From NCBI GenBank assembly GCA_951406725.2, contig OX597825.1, positions 54,994,001 to 55,058,000 on the forward strand: DNA of 64,000 nt. Direction: 5' to 3'. The notes below the pieces were generated by a model. It made no database searches, was not told the DNA's origin, and worked only from the letters and a program-made list of their open reading frames with translations. This stretch comes from Octopus vulgaris (Eukaryota). Shown in pieces: positions 12,800 through 26,322 of this stretch. How positions within the stretch are numbered: position 1 is the stretch's first letter; each line of letters begins with the position of its first letter. The position numbers and the translations under genes are program-made.

Positions 12800-13960
12800 G
12801 TCATCACCATCATCAACATTATTTTACACAACCATTTAGCCATACCTGCATCAGAAAAGATCAGGTACCCCATCTAGTTGTTTGTTAATGGCCCTTTGTC
12901 AACTCATCCATGATGTTCAGTCACCTGAAATCAACTTTCACCACTTTTTCCTCTTCCTACCATCTAACTCTTCCACAGATTCCTTCCATTTGAATTCCTT
13001 GCATTTATTTATCCAAACATCAGCCTCCATACCTATCCTACAGTCAGTGGTGGACTGGCCAAGTTGCCAGCTTGCCTGATGGCAAGTGGGCATCATGGTG
13101 GCTTTTTAAACCAGACAATGTTCTGAAAAGACACCCACACAGATTGCACCTCCGATTTGGACCACTAAGACCTGCAGATCAGTTCTGCTCTTTGTGGATC
13201 TTAAAATGTCTTTTGAGGCCTCTGTTGGATTTGCAAACCTTCTGGCATACACTGCATTCAAAGGTGGGCACAGACATATAGGCAGAATAGTTGGTGAAGG
13301 TTTATTTTCCATGCGTTCGCAGATGAGATTTGAAGCCAGCAAAAGACAGGCATGGTCTGTCACAGACTGTGCACACAAAAAGGTCATTGTCGTTCACCTT
13401 CTCGATCATTACATTCTTCCTTAAATCTCTTTTGAGTCTTACTTGTATTATCCTGGCCTCTTCAAATGCTTTCACTCCATTCTACACCTTTATTCACCAT
13501 CCAACTCGATCTAAAGCAACGGTTTCTGTATCTTCTGGAACCATTCCAAGTGACTTCATAGTATTCCTTATACCATCCTTTAACCCTTTTTTAGGTTTAC
13601 TTCAATAGTGTTTCCCCTCTGCAAGCCTACCATAAAACAGCTGTTTTGGCATGCATTTATCTGCCATCAAACAATATGGCCACACCATCTCAATTGGTTC
13701 TGCAAAATCATAGCTTCAACTGGGGTGATGCCTGCAGATGCAAGGACATCTGTGTTTGGAGTTAAAGAATTCCATTTAATTTTTAAAATGTGATGAAGGC
13801 ATTTTTGGTGGAATTGTCCAAACAATTTAAGATGCTTTTCATAACAAGTCCAAGTTTCACAGGAATACAACAGGGATGGTAAGACAAATGATTTGTTAGG
13901 AGCCAGCTTTGTATTCTTATTTATATGTTGCTGGCACCAAACACATGTCTCCAAGCCACC
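12800..13960 (-). mobile_element. RTE-clade (BovB-like) LINE, 3' part with three C2H2 zinc fingers, decayed
   Basis: VLPSLLYSCETWT..HLKLFGQFHQKCLHHILKIKW..QLRWCGHIV, typical of the RTE C-terminus, then CTVC..HLRTH, CSVC..HFKIH, CNLC..HHDAH. Confidence 0.9.
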
Positions 13961-13999
13961 AGATGCTTTTGCTGCTCTTTGAATTCACAGCTGTATTTC

Positions 14000-14730
14000 T
14001 GAATCAAGATTTCCATAATTTTGAACAGAGCTTCCAAGGTAGACGAATGAATCGGCAACCTCAAGTAACTTTCCCTTAACATTAGTGAAGAAGATATACT
14101 ACTAGCCATAGATGAGGTGGATACAAACTCATCTGCTGGCCCTGATGGTTTCCTAGCAATCCTCCTCAAATTGTGTAAGCGTACCCTGGCGAAACCACTA
14201 CAGATTCTTTTTCAGAGCATTCTTGCAAATGGCAGGCTGCCAAGAAAACTGAAGGAGGAAATAATATACCCAATCCATAAAGGGGAAAACAGAACAGATG
14301 CCAAAATATCAAGGAACAGATAATCAGAGGGAAACTAACCATATTCCTTGAAGAAATCCATTTGCTGAGTGATACCCAGCATGGCTTTCAACCATGTTGG
14401 AGCTGCCTGACCCAGCTCTTACAGCAGTATGACTTGATGCTGAAGCAGTTACTCAACAACTCAAATGTGGATGTAATATACCTTGACTTCGCAAAAGCTT
14501 TTGATAAGGGACCACTCTTGCGAGTTATGCAAACAATACAGAAGTCTCACAGAAAATACAGAACCCCAGCAATGTTGCACACCTGTGGCAGGAGTTGGAT
14601 CCAATTTACAGATGGGCTGAGGACAATAATTTGAAGTTTAATGGTGAAAGATATCAAGCCCTGTGCTACCAGCACTCTAAACTGAGTATAAAACTTACAA
14701 GGTACACTGGCACACAGGGGATCACAATCT
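14000..14730 (+). mobile_element. CR1/Jockey-superclade LINE reverse transcriptase fragment, internally deleted
   Basis: SSAGPDG..LLKLCKRTLAKPLQILFQ..PIHKG; QHGF..SCLTQLL..VDVIYLDFAKAFDK; IYRWAEDNNLKFN. Confidence 0.9.
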
Positions 14731-16191
14731 TACCTGTCTGCCATCATATTACTACCTGTGGGACTGGAACCTCATTTCATCTACAGATTTTTCATAGGTA
14801 GCTAGTAGCAGATTGGCTCAAAAAAAGCCACAGTTGTCCTCTGTGTTGTAAGCCTCTACCTTCTCCTCCATTTCAACATACATGTTACCTTTCTTGATCC
14901 TCTAGTATAAGGAACCTTTCACCTTACCCAAATTGTCTTCAGTTTTAGTGTCCATCAAGCTCTGAAGTCACTAACCTCTAGTATATGATGAGTGACACCA
15001 GCTTCATCAGAAAAGTATTCATACCAATCTATCTAAACAATTGCTAAGGTAGTAGTAGAAAATCTAACTGGTTTCAGTTACAGGTGCTGGAATAACTGGC
15101 CAATTTCCATAAGTTTAGATTATTTGCATCATAGAAAGATTTTAAAATTTCTTCTCTTTTGTTTTTTTTTAGCTGTTTCAGTTATTGGACTTAAATATGA
15201 GTAAAAAAAATGTCTGGTGCTAACTCATTGTCTTTCTTCCAACAAGAGGAAAATAATCGATGAAGAATGGTTTTGAATGCATCATTCGGTACACATAACA
15301 TACTGCCTTGAATTCATGCCTTTCATTTATTCAAGCTACTTTCAATAATCATTTCCACCTTTAAATTATGCAAATTATACTGATAAGCAATTATGCATAA
15401 CCCTTTTTGAATTCCATGATTATCTTTGTCATCTAATCAGCAGGCTTTAGTAAACTGCACAAAGCTAATGAGGTATGATAGACTGAAACTTGTCCAGAGT
15501 TATCCCTCATAAACTTCAGTCTTTCCTATAAGCATGTAGATTAACACTGAGAGATTAATTCTTAATTTTTTTTTAAATTATCTCCCTTCCTTTCGCCGTT
15601 TTTCTCTTTTTATTTATTTACAAACACATATACACACCCCTATTTACATACATACACAGACATACATATGTATATTTACAAATATTCATGCAAATACAAG
15701 TATGTACATACACCCAAATAAACATATATATGCACACAAAGACATGTGCATATGTGTATATATATATATATATACACACATACGTATATGCACACATCCA
15801 GACACACATATATGCCCTCCTTTTTTGAACAATTAAAAAAAAATCACAAGGGAGACTAGTTTCTATATATGACACAAAGATCTATTGTGAATATTAAATG
15901 AAAGGTTTTTATAATTGAATAATGAACACAAAAAATGTGAATATATTAAACAATTGCATTACAGTTTCAATGTTGCAATAAAGAAAAAATAAATGAAGTT
16001 TTATAGATTTAAAAGAACTGATGCATCATCACTTTTGAAAATGAATCATTGTCAATGAATTTAAACATGACATGCCTTCAGAGAGATACTTTCATTAAAC
16101 TAAGTGAATATGAATATGTACATATGCAGTCATATCATATATGCAGTACATTTCTATGCACATGTAATATATATATATATGTGAAAATCTC

Positions 16192-16245
<54 letters not shown>

Positions 16246-16276
16246 GATATAGATATTTATATTTATTCAGAGACAC

Positions 16277-16630
16277 AGCCATGGCTCTGTGGTCAGAAGT
16301 TTGGTTTCCACCCACATTCTTCTGGGTTCAGTCCCACCGCGTGGCACCTTGGACAAGTGTCTTCTACTATGGCCTTGGGCCACTAGAAGGCTTGTGAGTG
16401 GATGTGTTAAATGGAAACTAAAAGAATCCCATCATGTGTGTGTGTATGTGTGTGTGTCTTCCACCACCATTTGACAAGTGTTGGTGTTTTCCGTTCCTGT
16501 AACTTAGCAGTTGAGCAAAAGTGTCTGATAAAATGATTACCAGGCTTTAAGAAATAAGTACTGGAGTCAATTCATTCAACTAAAAGCTCTTCAAGCATGG
16601 CCACAGCCTAAGGACTGAAACAGGTAGAAG
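16277..16630 (+). mobile_element. SINE family A, full length
   Basis: catggctctgtggtcagaag, gggttcagtcccac, ggcaccttggacaagtgtctt, (TG)n, tail gactgaaacaggtag. Confidence 0.88.
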
Positions 16631-17117
16631 ATATATATGTATATATATATATATACACACACACAAATGTGCAAACAAACATACATGCACACAGATATGT
16701 AGGACATAAAGTGTTTGTGTGTGTGTGATTATCATTTAATGTCTAACCTCCATGCTGGCATGGGTTGGTCAGTTTGACAAAGGCTGAAGAGTCAGAAGAC
16801 TATGTCATGCATCACTGTCTACTTTAACATGGTCTCTGAATAGAAGCCCTTCTTAATACCAGCTTGCATAAAGAACTATAAATGTCTAAGGAAGGGCTGC
16901 TCTTAGTTCCTGAGGTTAGGTAACAGAAAACAAAGAGGTTTGTTATACAATATTTTGACATTTTACTTACACACGCACTACTTTATCACATCTAAAATGC
17001 CTAAGACCCAATTATGCAACATGACAAAACATGGTAATAGCTTCAAAAACAACCCAAAACCTTAGCAGCCAACTAAATGTACAAGACGAAGAAGGAAGTG
17101 AAGAATTTAGTAAACAT

Positions 17118-17339
17118 TTAATCCTTTCGATACCAGCATGTCTGAAGCTATCCTTGGTTTGACAATACAAACATCTGGTTTTAAAGTAATCTAAACAAAA
17201 ATTCTTCAAGAAAATCTCAGGATAATTTATGTTCCAAACACCAGTTTAATAATGACAACAATTTGAGTAAATTTGTTTTTAAAATTATTCGAAACAAAGC
17301 TGGTATATTTCAACGTAAATATGGTAATGAAAGGGTTAA
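17118..17339 (+). mobile_element. piggyBac-type MITE with TTAA target duplication
   Basis: ttaa-tcctttcgatacc ... ggtaatgaaaggg-ttaa; interior similar to 37731 (inverted) and 44930. Confidence 0.8.
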
Positions 17340-17899
17340 TGGAAGAAGATATCCAAAATAATCAAATAACACAGCACCAGTCATAACAACAACAGTTGTA
17401 GCAACTCACATTTGATTCCAGATATTGCAGTTCTACAGAGTACTTGTATAAAGACAAACCTTCTTTCAATTCAAAATTGTAGGAATTGTTAGATTTATCA
17501 TAGTTACCAGAAAAAAAATGCCTGAATAGATCTTCTTTGCTGCTGAAGATAATCCAGGAGAGAGCAAAGAGAAGAATTATATACCTTTGATTATGAATAC
17601 ATGTAAGTGGAATAAATTTTCTCTCAGTACAAGAGGCTCTCAAGAACCTCTAGTAAGATATCTAAATTGAAAAAGGTCAAAACTATGGCACTTGGCACTT
17701 ATCTGCAGTAGCTTCAAATCAAGGTCAACAAAATATTAGCTGAAATTGTTGGTTATACATTTGGACCCCAGAACAAGGATCAAGGAAATACAATTAGAGC
17801 CACCGAATACAAAGTAGACCCATAGCTCATAGTGACTTTTGTGTTGCAGAATGGGAGAGTAGTCAAAACAGGGTCTCCAAAGAGAGACATGTAGCCAGA

Positions 17900-18110
17900 T
17901 GGATGCTAAAATAAGTTTGTAAATTTGAATGACAACTGAAGGCCATAGAGCCACACAGAGACTGTACTGAGAATATGGCACCAAGGCAACAGGCATGGAA
18001 CTGATGATACAGAGCATAAACTCTGATTGCTATATCTGTCAGAGAAAACACACCAGTGCTGAATGCTCAGAAAAACTGGGAAGTAAAAACAAGGGAAACA
18101 AAAATAATGA
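17900..18110 (+). mobile_element. possible decayed retroelement ORF1/gag fragment with zinc knuckle
   Basis: 18028-18066 reads CYICQRKHTSAEC (Cx2Cx3Hx4C) inside an A-rich, stop-riddled, SINE-free block at 17350-18650. Confidence 0.35.
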
Positions 18111-18959
18111 GTATTAAGAGCAACAACAGAAAGAATATGAAATCTCAAGTTTCCATCAGTTAAAACTCTAGGGACAACTCAATAAATATCTTTAGGCCCA
18201 ATATTACAAATACATGAGCAACTGACATGTTCCCCAACAGAACCACCCTTCAGTATTGCACCTTCATTGTGTGACGAGGAGGAAATAATGAATAATTACA
18301 GAATATTCACAAATGTTCTGTGACAATATGAAGGGGGGAAAAAAAGAAAAGAAAAAAAATCACAAATAAAGAAAACCCAGCATAAAATAATGAAAATAGG
18401 TGAAGAACAATTTCTTCCAAACAGCAACAAAGCACCTCACAAGAAACTAATGAAAATGAAGACATCAAAGGAACAATAAGATACACTATTCTCCAAAAAT
18501 CAAACATCATAGATCATATGCAAAATTAAGCATCTCTGGTGCCACAGACTCACCAAAGAGGTTAGAATGATACAAAGTCTATCAGGTTAAAAATATGAAG
18601 AAAATGCAAAAGACAGATTACTAGTAAAATTGAAATTAAGATACATCAAATTTTACAAAAAAAGACTACTCTCTTGATGTTGATGTTTCACAGCACCAAA
18701 TATCTCAAAAAATTCTTTATGTACATTTATCTGCACAGAGACACAGTTTGAAATGGTGCAGTGTACTCTGATTACAAAACATCCAAATTCTTACCTATTA
18801 AAACATAGTTACAATAATTCAGGTCAGCCATAAATATAATACAATGTTACTCTTTACCGGATTTGAAATCAGTACATACAAGAAGAAACATGTAACTTCA
18901 TTTAACTTTTACTTATTTTACTATCTTGAAGGGTTTAGCCAAACAGAAGAACACTGTTC

Positions 18960-19004
<45 letters not shown>

Positions 19005-19126
19005 AATTCTGGTATTTATTTTATCAGTCTCTTTTGTTGAACTGCTAAGTTATAGGTATCATTATAATCCAACTCCAGTTGTCCAGCTGTAATGGCGATA
19101 AACACAAAATACATACCCATATATGA

Positions 19127-19187
<61 letters not shown>

Positions 19188-19191
<4 letters not shown>

Positions 19192-19900
19192 CAAAATAAG
19201 CAACAGGGTATCAAGAAGTGATGCAGTATGACTGTTTCAAGAGGCTCCATTTTATTGAACAATGCAATCATTGCATCAATTTAAAGACAGGCAGGTCTAT
19301 CATCAGTTGCACAAATAAATAGAATTTTAATCAATTTAACACATTGATATAATTTTTCTCAAATACTTTAACAGAGCAAGATGGTAATTAACTGGTAATT
19401 AGCATCATGATTTAGAGTCTTCCCCTACCCAACCTCCTTTTATAGACAGTTACTTTATACCCAATTTACTATTAATATCTTGACAATATTTATGACCATA
19501 CCAAGTCATAAGCTGTCAACTCACTCTTGCCCTTCATTCCATTCAGACACAGTCCTCTAGTCTTAGATTTAGTAGTTGATAAAAAGAAAATAAATTAGAA
19601 ATGAACAACAATCCTTTACAAGGTATGACCCCAGTACGCTTCATGCTTTTCTTGGAAGTGTAGTCTATTCTTAGCTGCAATAGTGTCAACATGGATTTCT
19701 TCCCTCTTCTTGTTCTGTTAAAGTATTTGAGAAAAATTATATTAATGTGTCCAACTGATTAAAATTCTATTTATTTGTGCAGCTGATGATTGCCTTGCAT
19801 TTAAATTGATGTAATGATTGCATTATTGTTCAATTAAATAAAGCCTCTTGAAACAGTCATACTGCATGACCTTTTGATATCCTGTTGCTTATTTTGATTA
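19188..19900. mobile_element. about 710-bp non-coding element with about 195-bp inverted arms, each with a hammerhead-like motif
   Basis: 19188-19381 is the reverse complement of 19708-19900; right arm tgcag-CTGATGA(19783)...GAAAC(19850)-agtc-ata-ctgca. Confidence 0.8.
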
Positions 19901-22242
19901 TATTCACCTTGCACATACACACATACACGTAGATATGATAGGCTTCCACACAGCTTCCATCTACCAAATTCACTCACAAGGCATTGGTCAGCCTGAAGCT
20001 ATAGTGGAGACACTAACCCAGAGTGCTGCACAATGGGATTGAACCCCAAACCAAGTAGTTGCAAAGCAAGCTCCTTAAACACACGGATATACATTGAGTA
20101 ATAGTTTTTGTTCTTTCCTTAACAGTTATTCTACTGATTCCTACTTTCCACTACATTAATAATAATAATAATAATAATAATATAAATGGTTTCTGATTTA
20201 AGCAAAAACCAAGAAATTTGAGGGAAGAGGGTTTGTCGATTAACATTGACCCAGTACTTGACTGATAGTGTGTGTATTTTTATTGACCACAAAAGGACGA
20301 AAGACTATGTTGATCTCAGAGGAATTTGGGCCCAGAATGTAAAGAGCTAGATCATGGCCATACATTTTGAACAAAGGTGCATTCAATTAAAATTACTCCA
20401 ATATTTAACTTGTATTTTATTTACTTAACAACAAACAGAATCTTAACTTCAGTCACATACAGACACAACCAAATATGAAGAAATATTTTCTGGAACATTC
20501 CACCAATTCTATATTCATTGCCATTATTACAACAGCATTTGCTCTTCCTAGTTTTTATATTCCTGTTTTTAAAATATAAATTTTATAATTTTCATTTCAT
20601 TTTTAGAGTTACTTTCCAAAAATTCTTTCCTCCTTCTCATTTCAAAACACCACCAATCACCTCTCCTAATTCTTATTCCATTATGTTTACATACAAGAAC
20701 AATTTCGATTCAAATATGAAAAATAAAAATATAAAACTAAACTAAATAAATAAATAAAAATAAAATCTGAATTTTAACATTTATTTTTGTTTATTTTTAT
20801 ACTTTGTCCTTGAAATGCTGACAGTAACATCTAATTTTGTCACGACTAAAAATAAAAAAAAAATTAGCTTCCAAAGGGTTAAGAATCGACAAGTGTAATG
20901 TCTTAGAATTTGGTACAATACTTCTCTCTTGATAATTGGCACCATGCTATGAATCATAATAAATCCTTTTTAATGTGACCTCCTGGCAAATGGGTGAAAG
21001 ATAGGGGTGAAGGAAGACAGAGCCATAAATCTCTCCCCATAACCACTGTCATCCACACACTATCTTGTAATGCATTCATTTCTCTTTATGAGAACAATTT
21101 CATTACCTATTGAATATAAGGTTATAATTGGAATAAATAGCAAAGCTGTTTCCAACAAAAGGAAGAATGTGACCAGAATTCTGGAAGATTCCAATAAGGA
21201 AATATACTTGATAATAAAAATGATAGTGCTTGTTTTCACTCAGTGAGTCTCATTCGACATTTCAAAGAAAATATATCTATATTAGGACCTGCTGCTCTCA
21301 CAAGCAATACTTAATGTTTACAGCTTTGTGTATTTCTTCTTTATCTTTTTAAATCAACACACACCATTACTGTTTATTGTTAAAAACTTAGAAACTAACA
21401 AGGGAATTTTTACATGGTCACCTTATATACTAGACATAACAGCCAATTTACATTAAGAATATGTCCTAACATTTTAAGACAAGACCAACACATACTGTGT
21501 TTGAAGATAAAATACAGAATGGGCATGAATGGAAACCATTTGATCTTATATTTGCTCCATTTGGTGGGGTGGGGGTGGGGGAACAGGAGACTAAACAATA
21601 ACAGTAACAAGACGAGTTGAAAAAAAATATTTTTCTCATATTTTCATACAAATCCACAGAAAATTTTGCTGAAGTTTAAAAGTATGATTCGGTTAAATTT
21701 GAAAAGACACTAGCAGATGACTGCTATATATATATTTCTGGTCTCTACTAAGATTCTCCACTCACATAGCATATCAGAAATAATTACTAAAATGAGCCCA
21801 TACACACACACTAGTATGTTACACTGGATCTACTCGAGTCCAACTCATGATACACCCCCCACACAGACACATACTCTCTCTCTCCCATACCAACAAACAT
21901 GCATTGCTTACAACTCCTTCCTTTTTCTCTGTCTTTTTCATGGCTATCTCTCTCTTAACTTTAGCAACCATCGTTCCCCACAGGTCATTCTATGGAAATC
22001 CAATATAATTTTACCTGCTACAAACCAGCTTTATAAATTGTCCATCACTTCTCTCTTTACCACAAACCTCTCCAATTACCGTAATTTATTACACCCTACC
22101 ATTAATGTCTCCTTACTATCAATGGCCCTCTTCATCATACTCCTAGCATTGTCTTGCTCATTTTACATTTCTTCCACATTGTTACTTGGTCACTCTCTAC
22201 ACATTCATATTCTCACATCTTTCTTGTTCTCACCTATTTCAT

Positions 22243-22617
22243 ACTTGTTTCAGTCATTAGACTGCGGCCATGCTGGGGCACCACCTTCAAAAATTTTAGT
22301 CAAACAAATCAACGCCAGTACTTACTTTCCTTTTTTGTTTTCTTTAAATCTGGTACTTATTCTATCAGCCTCTTTTGCTGAACCACTAAGTTATGGGGAT
22401 ATAAACACACCAACATCAGTTGTCAAGCAGTGGTGGTGACACACTCACAAACATGCATATTATACTTGTTTCAGTTTCTGTATTCCAAATCCGCTCACAA
22501 GGCTTTGGTCAGCTTGAGGCTCTAGTTGAAGATGCTTACCCAAGGTGCCACATAGTGAGACCAAACCCAGAACCCTGTGGATGGGAAGCAAAGTTTTTAC
22601 CACACAGCCATGCCTGT
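22243..22617 (-). mobile_element. SINE family A, full length
   Basis: acttgtttcagtcattagactgcggccatgctgg tail through ttaccacacagccatgcctg head; accounts for the 3' part of the 240-aa ORF. Confidence 0.9.
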
Positions 22618-24026
22618 GCCAATGCTGATCTTCTGCAGTCATCCTCTACCTTCCACATTTAATGGTAATGATGCTTTGAATGGAGACAATGTACAGTGGT
22701 GAGGAAGAGAGAAATCTTTTGTATTCCCAGGTAAAGACAACATAATTAGGGCTGGTGCCACAGTAAACTACACCCAGTAGACTCTGTAGAGTGGCTGGTG
22801 TTAGGAAAGACATCCAAGTATAGAGAGTATTTGGAAATAGAAGTAGGAAAGCAACTGCAAATCATTACTGCATTTCTACTGAGCCCGCTCCTATGTGAAT
22901 GTTACATATTATTTCAAGGTTACAATGTGTGTTAGTGTGTGTATGTATTTTATGTGCATCGATGTGTGTGCATCTGTATGATATATTCATTTCTCTCTCC
23001 CTGTGTGTATGTGTATTAGAAAGAGAGATAGATGCAGAGCTATACACATGAAAGATTATACATACATATACACACATTCACACACAGAGAGCTGCATATG
23101 TATATATATGATCACAAAATATAATAGATTTATAAAAAAAATTCTTTAAAGAGAGAATAACACACATATATATATATACACATATGTAAGATTTGAGAAT
23201 ACATGGCAATAAACACAGCAATGAAAATGTGGGTAGAACTGTGAGAGTGTGTTGTGGGTATCTGGGTATTATGTGTCTCTTTCATATGCTTGCAACATTG
23301 TCCATTAATATATTTTATACACACATATAACCTTAGATAACCTTACACATATGTCTTCGCTAGCATTGACTTAGGCTATGGATGACTTTATAACACCATC
23401 TGCTGGCCACTTGGTCAGTGTACAGAATAATTGAAGTTTATTACAGTTAGACATTTGCACAAAGAGCCAAAGAGCCTATTCTTATTTCTTATTTGTGTGC
23501 ATGTATGTGTGTATGTATAATACACACACATACATATATAAAGATAGAGAAATAGATATTTACATTAATGTAGACATATTCTATATTAATGTATGTATGG
23601 ATGTCATTATTCAGCTTTATTTCAAGATTTCTTGCCAATAGAGAAAGAGCTGGTTTCTAATCTAGATCTAAGACTCCTTCATTGGAATTTCAACAACATC
23701 AACAGGGTATTTTTGTATGTGTGTATATGTGCAGATTTGTATACTTTGTTTTATGTATGCAATCCCATGCATATAGTTGCATATCTAGACATGCTCACAT
23801 ATAGTTAAATAATAAACTTTTAAAGATTTTTCAGTTCCAGTGATGGATTGGATCTGTAGTCTTCAAATCAGCTTTCTCTTTTCTAGTTGTGAGAAGCCTC
23901 ATTTCTCAAAATTTGTATTTAGGCCATGTATTACATATCTCAGTGCCCCAATAATTACAAGTATAAACTTGAATTTGTAATCTGGATAAAGTAACTGCAA
24001 ATAGTTCAGTGTAGGCTGTATATGTA

Positions 24027-24187
24027 TCATCATCATCATCGTTTAACGTCCGCTTTCCATGCTAGCATGGGTTGGACGGTTCAACTGGGGTCTGGCAAGC
24101 CCGAAGGCTGCACCAGGCCAGTCAGATCTGGCAGTGTTTCTACAGCTGGATGCCCTTCCTAACGCCAACCACTCCGAGAGTGTAGTA
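24027..24187 (-). mobile_element. family E non-autonomous retroelement with RTE-like (GAT)n tail, low-divergence copy
   Basis: catcatcatcgtttaacgtccgctttccatgctagcatgggttggacgg...acagctggatgcccttcctaacgccaacc; related copies near 16730, 32056, 59215. Confidence 0.75.
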
Positions 24188-24998
24188 TGTATGTATATAT
24201 GTATGCATGCATACATATTCTTATTAATAAGTAAACAGTTGGCTGGTAAAGTCATTAGAATGTCAGATTACTTGCAGCAATTGTTTCAACTCTTTGTGCA
24301 CTAATTTTAAATCCCACCAAAGTTGACTTTGCCTTTCATTCTTTCAGGGTTCATGTATAAAGTACTAGTCGTATACTGGAATCAATTCTTTTTTTCTCTA
24401 AATCTTTCTTTCTAATTATCTCTTACTCATCTTCTTGAAAATACTAACCATTGTCAGACTAAGGGATTCCAGTAGGTTTTACTTGGCTCCCTTAGGTTTT
24501 AAAATGCCTGAAATACACTGGATGTCATAACGGCACCCTTATACCTCATTGAAAAAAGCTAAGGACCTATGACTTGGCAGGGAATATTCTTATTTCTGTA
24601 CACAGACACACTAAACTGTCATCCTGTCACATATCAGTACCAAGTCAATCCTCTCTCTCTCTCTCTCCTTCTCTTACTTTATCTTTATTCATCTTTTTAC
24701 TTGTTTCAGTCATTAGAGTGCAGCCATGTTGGGGCAGCACTTATTTTTTTTTAAAGCCTTGAACTTATTTTATCAGTCTCTTTTACTATACCACTAGGTT
24801 ATAGGAATGTAAATTCATCCACACTGGTTGTCAATCGATGGTGGGGAACAAACACAGACACAAAGACATACACACATAGACATATAGATAAATAAATATG
24901 TCTGTGCCTATATATTAATGTCTGTTTTTTGTTATAATAAAAACAATTTTACATTAAATTTAAGGGTTACTCAATATATTTAATAAAGTAGAAATTCA

Positions 24999-25212
24999 TT
25001 ATTCTTTAACAATAATAGTATTGACAGTGACTTCTAAGTTTCAGAAAGCTGAGCCATCATTGGACTATAATGCACTCAAGTCCATTTTCGTTTTATATTG
25101 TTTCTGTTAAGTTAAAATTTTCTAGGGTAACCTAGAAAATTACTGTCTGATGATGGCTTAGCTAGCCAAAAATTCGAAGTCAATGTCAATATTATTTCTT
25201 GTTAAAGAATGA
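24999..25212. mobile_element. short inverted-arm element with hammerhead-like core
   Basis: About 24999-25066 pairs with 25145-25212; right arm gt-CTGATGA-tggct-tagct-agcc-aaaa; left arm (minus) gtccaatgatggct...gaaac. Confidence 0.6.
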
Positions 25213-25239
25213 TATATTTATATATATATATATATATGT

Positions 25240-25570
25240 TAGGAACCCCTTCAGTCATGAATGACTGTGGGATTGCACCTAGAAAGTTACCCTCTGAGGC
25301 ACAAGTCTAGGCAATGTTGTTTATGGAAGACCAGCAGTCATCCATGCATACAGTCTCCCCTCTCAATGCCACCGATGTTGTCCAAGGGAAAGGCTGATAC
25401 AGCTTGGCTGGCATAAGTGATATCACAAGTAATTTCTACAGCTGGAGCAATGAAAAATAAAGTGTCTTGTTCAAGAACACAACACACAGACCCATCCAAA
25501 AATCAAATTCACTCACAGCCTCATGATTGTAAGCCCAACACACTAACCAGTTAGCCATGCACCTTCTTCA
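25240..25570 (-). mobile_element. SINE family C
   Basis: Reverse complement of 49181-49527 (ttgcacctagaaagttaccctc, tccaagggaaagg, aaagtgtcttgttcaagaacacaacac). Confidence 0.85.
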
Positions 25571-25973
25571 CTATATATATATGTATACATACACACATAT
25601 CTGCAGGCATGCAAAAACACACGCATACACACAAAGTTGTTTACATACAAGTCAGACCTTGTCAAGCGTATGCAAATAGAAAGACAGATAAGTTTTTAAA
25701 GGTAGCTCCAAGCTACGATTATTCAAAATCCGATGGAGCTAACATAATGTATGTAAAGTATGACTCCTTATAAGGTAAATGGAAATAAAAACTGTATAAA
25801 GCAATGTAACAGATTCTAAACTTAATGAAAAGTATAAAATGAATACATATATAGAATAATTGCATATATAAAAATGTGTACAGGTTTCATCTGATGAAGT
25901 GACTGTTATTCTAAGATAATACAAATGAGTGAAGTGACGAAAGAAATAATGTGAAGATGTTATTGTTGTTGAG

Positions 25974-26322
25974 TGCAGAGGTATGTCCATGTGGTTAAAA
26001 AGTTTGTTTACCAACAATCAGAGGATGGGTTCAGTCCCACTGTGGAACAAGAGAAAGAGTTTTTCTTCTCTAGCTGTGGGATGACTAAAATGTTGTGAGT
26101 GGATATGGTAGATGGAAACTGACAGAAGTCCATCATATACATTCATACACCTCCCCCCCACATATATATACATATATATACATACACAAATATATACATA
26201 TATATATATGCATGCATATGTATTTATGTATGTATCTATCTATATTGAGGCCAACTTGTTTGACGAAACCCTTTAAAGTGATTATGCAACACAGCCACTG
26301 CCCAATAACTGAAACAAGTAAA
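25974..26322 (+). mobile_element. SINE family A, decayed
   Basis: gggttcagtcccactg, ttgtgagtggat..ggtagatggaaactga, actgaaacaagtaaaag. Confidence 0.7.

Noticed and set aside
17995-18025. CTGATGA as a hammerhead core (also 25891, 44134, 57612)
   Set aside because: No paired stem II, GAAA or stem I in the right order; expected chance 7-mers.
21717-22439. 240-aa hydrophobic ORF, the longest in the track
   Set aside because: G-poor low-complexity sequence running into an antisense SINE; no recognisable domain.
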